Shown here piece after piece: positions 56,242 through 64,000 of a stretch of 64,000 bases of DNA. The translations under genes were made by a program, and so were the position numbers. Every line of letters begins with the position of its first letter. Within the stretch, counting starts at the first letter, position 1. The notes below the pieces were generated by a model. It had not been told where the DNA came from and made no database searches. It saw only the letters and a program-made list of their open reading frames with translations. The stretch comes from a virus (taxonomy: Duplodnaviria; Caudoviricetes): the IMG/VR virus record IMGVR_UViG_3300022555_000032, positions 1 through 64,000 of that record. One strand, given 5' to 3'.

Positions 56242-59200
56242 TCTTTAAAGATACCTTTAGATTCTCGCCAGTAATCTATGAACATGATCTTCCACACAAG
56301 GAGGATTATTTTCATATTACACCGGATGGTATCAATAAGGAGATAATTTCTAATAGTGTTGTTGATTCTATATGGTGGAACAAACAGAAAGATCGTTGTC
56401 TTAACGGTTACTATGTCGATGATGCTATTGATAAAGGTGGAGATGCCCTTGTCGATGGAATAGATGCGATATGGACGGGGAACGATTGTTACCTGCCAGA
56501 ATACGATGTCCGGATCATCAACAGGCGTGTATGGATCTCTGGAAGGCTTTATTTCTATCTTAACTTTTGGCCCATTTACGGTCTTAAGCTTGGTGCCAGG
56601 TTCAAGGACTTGATCAATCCTAAATTCCTAATGCTTGACTTTCTCTTTGCCTCAAGAGTAGAACAGTGTTTCGCTCAGATGAAGGATATGGAAGAGGCTA
56701 AGGCAAGACAGTTAGGTTTCTCTGAGAAGATAGCTGGTATGATGGTAGGCTATAACTATACCTTTATACCAGCGTCAGTTAATATCATTATCGGTGGTAC
56801 TGAAGCTGATAGTGAACATATGTTTGAGAATACTGTTCGTGGTCTTGACTACTTAAGGAATACTCAATTCTACAAAATCAGGTCTATCAATAAGATGTCC
56901 GACCTTTTCATTAAGGCTAAGAACTTCAAGAGTGAAGTAAGGGCATTAACGGCAAAGGATAAACCCCAAGCAATTTCGCGTTATTGTTTTGGTAAGAATA
57001 CTAAGGTTAGAATGTTTAATGGATCTATTAAAAATATTCAAGACATTTTAATAGGCGATAAGTTAATGGGTATTGATTCAAAAGAACGAATTGTTAAAGA
57101 TGTACATGCTGGAATAGACCAGATGTATAAAATTTCATCAATTAAGACAGATTCTTTTATTTGTAATGCAAATCATTTATTGTATTGTTACCATAAACCA
57201 ATGTTAAGAAAGAAACTAGGAAATGGTAAATATGTTCAGAATAATTTTAATTATCCAAATGTTACTAAAGTTGATGATAATCATTTTTTGATTCGTGCAG
57301 AAGATTATTATAACTCAAGTTTAACATTTAAACGTTATTCATCAATTGAAAAATCTATTGGTATTGAATATAAAAAAAAGAAACAATTAATTGATCCATA
57401 TTTTTTAGGATTATGGTTAGGTGATGGTGAAGTTGGAACATTAAGATTTACTGTTAATATTGAAGAAAAAGAAATTTTAGAATATCTAACATATTTTGCT
57501 TTTTATCATTGTTGTGAAGTTAAAATAGAACCTCCTACATTTTGTAAATTTCTTAATAGAGATTCAAAAGCATGCCGAGTAAGAATATCTTATAGAGATA
57601 GAATAGGTAAATCATATAAACCTATGAAAAACTATCTTATAGAAGAAATGAAGAAATTAAAAATACTAAGAGATAAATTCATTCCTAAAAAATATTTATT
57701 TTCTTCAAGAGATGATAGACTATTATTACTTGCCGGATTAATAGATACAGACGGATGGAGAGTGAAAACAAAAGAAGGATTTGAACATTATGCAATTTCC
57801 CAGGTTAATAAAAAGCTTATTTACCAAATTAAAGAACTTTGTGAAAGTCTTGGGTTTTATACCAATATAAGCGAGCCAAAATATAATGGAAACATTAATG
57901 GATATAAATCACAACCAATTTTTGAATTATACATTAGTGGTGAAAATATTCATCATATTCCGGTTAGATTAGAAAAAAAGAAAATCAAACAACATAATTA
58001 TATTAAAAATCCTCTTCATTCAGTATTTACAATAGAAAAACTTAATCAAGATAAATATTATGGAATTGAAATAGATGGTGATCAATTGTTTTTATTACAA
58101 GATTATACAATCGTTCATAACTCGCCTACCTTAGTTGTTTATGAAGAAATTGGTAAATGGAAGAAAGGACTTATCCGTAAGACAAAGAAGTTTGTAGATA
58201 TCTCCTTATGGACAGAGACAACTAAGACAGGACTATCGGTTGATATTGGTACTGGTGGAGACATGAAGGCCGGAGCTGCAGACATGGAAAGAATGGTCTA
58301 TAATCCAAAGGCTAATAACTTCGTTGAGTATAATAATCGCTGGACTAAAGAAGGAGATAACCTTGCATTATCCAAAGTAGGTCACTTCTCTCCTAAGTGG
58401 ATGTATAAGATCGTTGATAAAGATGGTAATCCTCAGAAGGAAGAAAGCCTTATCAAGATCGAAGCAGAGATCCTTAATGTTCCTCCAGATGAAAGGATAA
58501 CTGAAAGAGCAAACCAAGCATGCTATCTTAACGAGATGTTCCTTATCCCTGGCGGTGGATTCTTCGGTGAAGAGATCGTAGGAAACCTTAATGCTCAGAA
58601 GAGCGATATAAATACGCACAAGGACCTTAAGACCTTTGTTAAGAACTACAGATTAGAATGGATTGATAAGAGGGATATCACAAAGGGAGTTAAAGCTATC
58701 CAGGATGATGAAAAAGGATGGTGTAAGATCCACGAACTTCCTACAACGCATAAGAAGACCGGAGAAGTAATTCAGAACCTCTACGGGGCTGCTACGGACT
58801 CCTACGACTACGATGAAGCGCTTACATCATCATCTAAGGGATCCTGTTGGATTTATAAAAGGCTTTATAGTGCTGATCAGATCTATAGGACTTGGGTAGC
58901 TGGTTATGTTGAAAGACCTGAGACTGCAGAGGGTGGAGCTGATCTATTCTATGAGAGATGTGCTATGTTATGCGTGTTCTATCGTGCCATCAACCTTATA
59001 GAGTGGAGTAAGATAAGAATCTTTGACTGGTTCAAAAGGAATAACCTTACCTCATACCTTAAGGAAAGACCTCAGTTTGTATTAGCCAGACTAATTAAAG
59101 ATACTAAACAGGTTAATGAATATGGTATTGATCCAGCAACTAAACCTGAATGGCTTAAATCATTAAGAGATCATCTAGCAGAACCGGAGAACATTAAGAA

Positions 59201-59420
59201 AGTCTATTTTGTGGACCTATTGGAAGCCTGGGCGAACTTTAAGTATGATCCTTCAGGTAAGAAGTACAACTGCGATATAACGATCTCTACATCGCTTAAT
59301 TTGATCTTAGAAGAAGATGAAAGACTATTGGAGATAGGAAGAGAAGAACCTGAGAATAAAAGAAGGTCTTTTCCTGTATATTCAACTGATGAAGATGGAA
59401 ACTTTGCAATGTCATTCTAA
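56238..59420 (+). CDS. terL: Terminase large subunit interrupted by an intein
   Basis: Walker A KARQLGFS, Walker B VVYEEIG, GTGGD, nuclease ATDSYD and D..IS motifs. Confidence 0.9.
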   Translation: MIFKDTFRFSPVIYEHDLPHKEDYFHITPDGINKEIISNSVVDSIWWNKQKDRCLNGYYVDDAIDKGGDALVDGIDAIWTGNDCYLPEYDVRIINRRVWISGRLYFYLNFWPIYGLKLGARFKDLINPKFLMLDFLFASRVEQCFAQMKDMEEAKARQLGFSEKIAGMMVGYNYTFIPASVNIIIGGTEADSEHMFENTVRGLDYLRNTQFYKIRSINKMSDLFIKAKNFKSEVRALTAKDKPQAISRYCFGKNTKVRMFNGSIKNIQDILIGDKLMGIDSKERIVKDVHAGIDQMYKISSIKTDSFICNANHLLYCYHKPMLRKKLGNGKYVQNNFNYPNVTKVDDNHFLIRAEDYYNSSLTFKRYSSIEKSIGIEYKKKKQLIDPYFLGLWLGDGEVGTLRFTVNIEEKEILEYLTYFAFYHCCEVKIEPPTFCKFLNRDSKACRVRISYRDRIGKSYKPMKNYLIEEMKKLKILRDKFIPKKYLFSSRDDRLLLLAGLIDTDGWRVKTKEGFEHYAISQVNKKLIYQIKELCESLGFYTNISEPKYNGNINGYKSQPIFELYISGENIHHIPVRLEKKKIKQHNYIKNPLHSVFTIEKLNQDKYYGIEIDGDQLFLLQDYTIVHNSPTLVVYEEIGKWKKGLIRKTKKFVDISLWTETTKTGLSVDIGTGGDMKAGAADMERMVYNPKANNFVEYNNRWTKEGDNLALSKVGHFSPKWMYKIVDKDGNPQKEESLIKIEAEILNVPPDERITERANQACYLNEMFLIPGGGFFGEEIVGNLNAQKSDINTHKDLKTFVKNYRLEWIDKRDITKGVKAIQDDEKGWCKIHELPTTHKKTGEVIQNLYGAATDSYDYDEALTSSSKGSCWIYKRLYSADQIYRTWVAGYVERPETAEGGADLFYERCAMLCVFYRAINLIEWSKIRIFDWFKRNNLTSYLKERPQFVLARLIKDTKQVNEYGIDPATKPEWLKSLRDHLAEPENIKKVYFVDLLEAWANFKYDPSGKKYNCDITISTSLNLILEEDERLLEIGREEPENKRRSFPVYSTDEDGNFAMSF
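56985..58121 (+). mobile_element. Intein with LAGLIDADG homing endonuclease (379 aa)
   Basis: Y|CFGKNT... block A, FLGLWLGDG and LLAGLIDTDG, ...YTIVHN|S; sharply AT-rich. Confidence 0.92.
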
Positions 59421-60094
59421 TGGAACCTCAACCAAATAGACTTAGGCCAATCATAGTTAACGATCCTAACGATCCAAGACTAAAGGCATATCAGGATAGT
59501 TCTTATTCGGTTAAGTATGGAAATCTATTACAAAAATTTTTAATGAATAAACCTAAGTTTCCTATTTATGCAGACTATCAAAACAAATTAAGAACTTCAT
59601 TAAATCCAAATATTGAACCTATTGGATGGTCTAAGAAATATCCTATAAACACAGAAGGAAATAGAAACATTACTCCAACTCTTGAAGCACCTATTTATAA
59701 ACAACCAGTTCAAGAAGTAATATTAAATCAAGAAGGAGATAATAGAGATTTTCAAAACAGAAGATTTATGGATACTGGTAATGGAGTTCCAATGTTATTA
59801 AGAGACAAAAGACAATTAATTAATCCTATTGTTAATCAACAAAGAGAACCTATTGCTATTAATAAATTACAACTAATAGAAACTGAATTTGCTAAACCAG
59901 AAATAGTTCCTGATAAGATCCAATCACAAGGAAATGGATTCTTTACTGACATGCCCGGGCAACCAGGAATAAGAGTATTCATCTCTAATGGAAGACCAGT
60001 TTATATGCAAGACTCAAAAGGTAACAGATCATCTTATAACGCATCTAACAACTGGCAGTTACCTACTATTGAACCTAGTAAACCTCAACAATAA
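59420..60094 (+). CDS. Hypothetical protein between TerL and portal
   Basis: 224 aa, PIIVNDPNDPRLKAYQDS. Confidence 0.6.
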   Translation: MEPQPNRLRPIIVNDPNDPRLKAYQDSSYSVKYGNLLQKFLMNKPKFPIYADYQNKLRTSLNPNIEPIGWSKKYPINTEGNRNITPTLEAPIYKQPVQEVILNQEGDNRDFQNRRFMDTGNGVPMLLRDKRQLINPIVNQQREPIAINKLQLIETEFAKPEIVPDKIQSQGNGFFTDMPGQPGIRVFISNGRPVYMQDSKGNRSSYNASNNWQLPTIEPSKPQQ

Positions 60095-62727
60095 TGCAAA
60101 ATATAGAAGTTCGATTTGGAGAAGATAGTACCACTCAGGAAGGAAGAGAACGCATCCTTCGTACTATCATTCATAATACAGTTGATTTTGGAGGAAAGAA
60201 GAACGATCAGATCTGTTGGGATTACTACAACAACAAACAGGATCCAAACAAATTCAACTATCTAAGGAAGGTAGGTAACTTTGAATTTCCAGCCAAGGTA
60301 AGAAGGATACCAAAGCAAAGACCTTATATAGATAATCTCGTTTCTCAGCAAAGTCAAAGACCCTTTGCTTTTTCTGTTTATTCAGTAGACGATGAATCGA
60401 TCTCCAAGAAGTATGATGAAAAGATAAGGTCGATGATTGGTATGGCTGAAGAGAAGGCCGCTCAAGCCTATTACATGCTCACAGGACAGCTTCAATCTTT
60501 GGAACAACAAAGACAGCAGTTAATGGGCCAACTTCAACAGCAGTCTCGTAATGAAGAGGAACAGGCACAACAGCAACAACTTCAGCAACAGTTACCCCAG
60601 ATAACATCTCAATTAGACTTTCTCAAAAGACAGATCACACAGGCACAATCTGTATCGCAAGACGATATGGATAAACAAGAAGAGTTCTTTAAATATAAGT
60701 ATAAGGATGTCTCTGAGATCATTGCTCAAAAGTCAATGCGTTTTCTTCGTCAGGACCTTAATGTAGCCTATAAAGAAGTCCAGGGAATAAAGCATAGATG
60801 TGTTACCGGAAAAGAATATCTCTATGTAAACTATACTATTGGAAATAAACTTCCAGACTTTGAAGTACTTAATGAACAGAAGGTCTATTTACCTATTTCC
60901 GATATTGTCTATAATGCTCAGGATGGTCCTTGGGTAAGAATAGAAGAAGGACTTAGTTATGATCAGATCTTAGATAAGTTCAGCATATGGCTTGATGGAG
61001 AGGATAAGGCAGCACTTGATAAGCAAATGCCCTATTACTCAACTACTGAGATGGGTAACTTCGTAGCTACTCAGAATGGCGCTATCATGCGTGATACACT
61101 CAAGGGTGTCTATTCCGGTTCTACGAGGGGAGCTGGTATCTATATAACCAATCGAGTCTGGTGGAGAGCGCCAAGGATCATCAAGTATAAAAAAGTACCT
61201 AGTCCTTTCGAACCTGGTAAGGAGTTAACTCATTTCATTCCTACTACAAAGACTATCATCTTTGAATCAGATTACAACTACAATCCCAAGACTAAAGAAT
61301 GGGTTAGTAAGAATAATGAAGAAGATACCTATAAGGCCAATCAGGTAGAGACCATCAATAAGGCAAAAGGAGAATATGTAAAGAGTAAGACTGTCTATGA
61401 TAGGTACTTCGGATTCTCCATTAACAATTCCATATTCAAAGCTTTTAAGGATCCTATTCAACCAAGACCTTATAATGATCCTTCTCATGTCCTTCTTCCA
61501 GTAGTAGGTAGAATGTATAACGCCTCTACAGATGTTCCTTATTCTCTTATCTGGAATACGATCGACCTCCAGGAGACCTACGATATCATTCATTACCATA
61601 GAGAACTTATGCTTGCCCTTTCGGGTGTAGCTGGTGTAGTAATGGATATCTCTCAGAAGCCGGAAGCAATGTCTGAAGAAGAATGGTACTATCACATGAA
61701 GCTTGGTAGATATCTTATTGAGACCGTTACTAAGACCGGAAGAAAGAACTTTGCCTTTAACCAATTCCCAAGAGTAGATATGTCTCTTACGGCATCAGTT
61801 CAGTATCTTGACCAGATGTTAAGATCAGTTGATGAGACCATGGGAATGGTAATGGGTGTTACCAGGCAACGATTAGGACAAACAGTTAATACCGATCAGG
61901 TAGGAACCTTTGAGATGTCCAGGAACCTATCTATGCTCACCACAGAGATCATCTTCAGGGAACATGATGAAACCATTAGGCAAGCGCTTACCATCTGTCT
62001 CAACCTCGCATTTAGGTACTGTTGGGATAAGGGAGCGCTACTTCAGTTAGTCGATGATGGAATAGAACACTTCTCCATTCCTCCGGACGTACTAAATCAG
62101 ATTGAATTCGTCTGTAAGATGGAGAATAATACCCAGGAAGCCTTTAGTCTTGATGAACTAAAGAAGCTTGGTATGCAGCTATCCATGAAGGGCCAGTTAA
62201 ACTTTAAAGAGTTTGTCTCTATCTATACTTCTGATTCTGTTAGAGGTCTTGAACTGAAATTAGAGTCGTTAGCTCGTAAGGCAGAAGAGATGATGAACCT
62301 TCGTGCCGAACAAGGACAAAACGCTCAAGGACAAATTGATCAGCAAAAAGCTGAGTTTGATAAGGAACTCCTTCAGATGAAACTTGATAGTGAAGCTAAA
62401 TTCAAAGAGATGTCTGCACAACTTGATATGGCTAAACAGGATGCTATCAATCAATTAAAAGCTAAAGAACTTGAACTTAAGGAAAAACAGTTTGAATCCG
62501 AACAGGAATTCTCCGGAATTGAACTTCAGTCTAAATCAGATCTTGAAAATCGTAAAATTGATTCAACACTAGTTATTGCCGAGATGAACCAACAGATACA
62601 GGCGGTAGCTAAGAAGATGGAATTCTTACTTAAAAACAGAGAGATCACCAGTAACGAGACTATCAATAAGGAAAAGATCAATATGGAGGGAAGGAAGTTA
62701 TCTCATGCCAATGCTAATGCTACCTAA
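60094..62727 (+). CDS. Portal protein (crAss-like)
   Basis: 877 aa after TerL; Q-rich coiled insertion, GVTRQRLGQ, long C-terminal helical barrel. Confidence 0.8.
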   Translation: MQNIEVRFGEDSTTQEGRERILRTIIHNTVDFGGKKNDQICWDYYNNKQDPNKFNYLRKVGNFEFPAKVRRIPKQRPYIDNLVSQQSQRPFAFSVYSVDDESISKKYDEKIRSMIGMAEEKAAQAYYMLTGQLQSLEQQRQQLMGQLQQQSRNEEEQAQQQQLQQQLPQITSQLDFLKRQITQAQSVSQDDMDKQEEFFKYKYKDVSEIIAQKSMRFLRQDLNVAYKEVQGIKHRCVTGKEYLYVNYTIGNKLPDFEVLNEQKVYLPISDIVYNAQDGPWVRIEEGLSYDQILDKFSIWLDGEDKAALDKQMPYYSTTEMGNFVATQNGAIMRDTLKGVYSGSTRGAGIYITNRVWWRAPRIIKYKKVPSPFEPGKELTHFIPTTKTIIFESDYNYNPKTKEWVSKNNEEDTYKANQVETINKAKGEYVKSKTVYDRYFGFSINNSIFKAFKDPIQPRPYNDPSHVLLPVVGRMYNASTDVPYSLIWNTIDLQETYDIIHYHRELMLALSGVAGVVMDISQKPEAMSEEEWYYHMKLGRYLIETVTKTGRKNFAFNQFPRVDMSLTASVQYLDQMLRSVDETMGMVMGVTRQRLGQTVNTDQVGTFEMSRNLSMLTTEIIFREHDETIRQALTICLNLAFRYCWDKGALLQLVDDGIEHFSIPPDVLNQIEFVCKMENNTQEAFSLDELKKLGMQLSMKGQLNFKEFVSIYTSDSVRGLELKLESLARKAEEMMNLRAEQGQNAQGQIDQQKAEFDKELLQMKLDSEAKFKEMSAQLDMAKQDAINQLKAKELELKEKQFESEQEFSGIELQSKSDLENRKIDSTLVIAEMNQQIQAVAKKMEFLLKNREITSNETINKEKINMEGRKLSHANANAT

Positions 62728-62738
62728 TACTATAACCT

Positions 62739-62936
62739 ATGCCTGCCTTAACTGTCGATGTAAGACTAATTGAACATATTGTTAAATGTCACAGAGAGAA
62801 CAAGTGTAAAGATGGATGTTTATCCAAGAACGATATTGATCAGTTATCACATCTAATAGAAGTTGAGAAGAATAGACAACAAAAGAAGATCGCTAATCTA
62901 AGAAACTACAAAATCAAAAAAACTACTAACACTTAA
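62739..62936 (+). CDS. Hypothetical protein
   Basis: 65 aa. Confidence 0.45.
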   Translation: MPALTVDVRLIEHIVKCHRENKCKDGCLSKNDIDQLSHLIEVEKNRQQKKIANLRNYKIKKTTNT

Positions 62937-62950
62937 CATTTTAACATCAT

Positions 62951-62958
62951 TATATTTG
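62951..62958 (+). promoter_or_regulatory. Host-type -7 element
   Basis: TATATTTG(CA) ~33 nt before ATG at 62991. Confidence 0.6.
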
Positions 62959-62990
62959 CATATTATTATTAATCCTAAAGACTAAAGAAA

Positions 62991-64000
62991 ATGGAAGCAG
63001 AAGAAGTACAGAAACTAGATGAAGGTATTGCAGCTATCTTAAACGAAGACAGTACCGATATTGTCGTTCCAGGAGCAACCGGATCACCAACTGACCCTAC
63101 TCCTCCTGCAGGTAATAACGATCCACCACCAGCTACTCCTGAGCCTATAAAGCCAGCAGATCCGGCACCAGTTAATGATGAAGTCTTATCCATTAAGGAT
63201 ATGGCTAGTATCTTAAAAGCAAGGGTTAGTAATGATCAGTATCAATATGAGATTCCTGATGATATTGTAACAGGAATAAATAAGGAAGGAAAGAAATTAA
63301 CAAAAGATGAATTGTTTGATCGTATGCATTCAGAGATCTTACAGTTTACTGATACTGGTGATGATGATTTCACCATGTCATATAAGAAGGCAAAAGCTGA
63401 TCCTAATTTCAAGATGGATGAATTCATAGGATCATACAATCAATCTTATTCCTTCTTGAAATTACCGGATGATGAAGTGCTATTTCAGGGTCTTAAAGCC
63501 CGGGTAGGAGAAAGTCTATCCGACCAGGACATCAAGGAACATATTGGACAAATGAGTAAGATTGATAAGGTTACTCAGGCAAAAGGAATAAGAGATGCCT
63601 ACAAGACCTTTATGGATCAACAGAATATTGCAAAACAAACTGAATCAAAGACTTTAAGAGATAAGGAAATTGTTTCCAGAAAACTTAAGGATACAACTGA
63701 CCTTGATCTATTATTCAAGAAAATTTCAACTACTGATAATATAGGTGGCCTACCCCATGGCAAAGCCGAACAGGAAACCTTCAATAAAGCTTTTGCGAGC
63801 CTCTACGACATTGACTCCGAGACTGGAAAACGTCAATACGAAAAACTGTTAGAGGATCCAGAGACTTTGTATCAAGCGTTGTTTTTTATTACCAAGTTGA
63901 AAGGTGGTGAAGTTAAATCTTATCTGAGCAAGCGCTTTGAGGAATTTAAAACATCAACTATTGACAAACTAGGTATAGGACAAAGAGCATCTGACGGAAC
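62991..64000 (+). CDS. Probable capsid scaffolding protein, 3'-truncated (not in ORF track)
   Basis: Open frame to window end: MEAEEVQKLDEG... acidic Pro-rich N-terminus then helical; usual position after portal. Confidence 0.65.
   Translation, partial: MEAEEVQKLDEGIAAILNEDSTDIVVPGATGSPTDPTPPAGNNDPPPATPEPIKPADPAPVNDEVLSIKDMASILKARVSNDQYQYEIPDDIVTGINKEGKKLTKDELFDRMHSEILQFTDTGDDDFTMSYKKAKADPNFKMDEFIGSYNQSYSFLKLPDDEVLFQGLKARVGESLSDQDIKEHIGQMSKIDKVTQAKGIRDAYKTFMDQQNIAKQTESKTLRDKEIVSRKLKDTTDLDLLFKKISTTDNIGGLPHGKAEQETFNKAFASLYDIDSETGKRQYEKLLEDPETLYQALFFITKLKGGEVKSYLSKRFEEFKTSTIDKLGIGQRASDG

Noticed and set aside
62975-63439. Minus-strand ORFs 62975-63193 and 63242-63439
   Set aside because: Antisense shadows of the open plus-strand scaffold-like frame starting at 62991
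1-64000. Integrase, repressor, reverse transcriptase/DGR, rRNA
   Set aside because: No such motifs recognised in any ORF; lifestyle genes could still lie outside the window

Overview
64 kb of a lytic-looking dsDNA phage of a Bacteroidota host, crAss-like (Crassvirales-related) by virion module. It uses the standard genetic code and the window is cut at both ends. It has three transcription blocks. (1) 1-19.9 kb rightward: a giant (>5733 aa, 5'-truncated) virion RNA polymerase polyprotein (SF1 helicase, degenerate nuclease, HExxH zincin, DFDSD RNAP core, second zincin), then three tail-type genes. (2) 20-45.7 kb leftward early/replication block: HNH, RuvC, ART-like, DUF932-like, Cas4-like, SSB-like, SMC-like ATPase, DnaB, RadC, KTSC, Pol-beta nucleotidyltransferase, PcfJ, PcfK/AcrIIA9-like, Dps, lipoproteins, and a ~1 kb gene-free control region. 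No DNA polymerase or primase is recognisable in it. (3) 45.8-64 kb rightward: HNH, Tad2/DUF2829-like, three signal-peptide-bearing fibre/spike-like proteins, a lysis cassette with a u-spanin-like gene, TerS, intein-containing TerL, portal and scaffold-like protein. The most striking unexplained element is a solitary 46-nt Bacteroidota type II-C CRISPR repeat (42852-42897, minus strand). It has no cas genes, is flanked by a host-type promoter, a 34-nt spacer-like segment and a degenerate half-repeat, and sits among several long-stem small-RNA-like elements. The same early block encodes an AcrIIA9-like protein and a Cas4-like nuclease, suggesting a combined RNA+protein anti-/co-option system against Cas9. 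All family assignments come from motif recognition and recall; no database searches were run.
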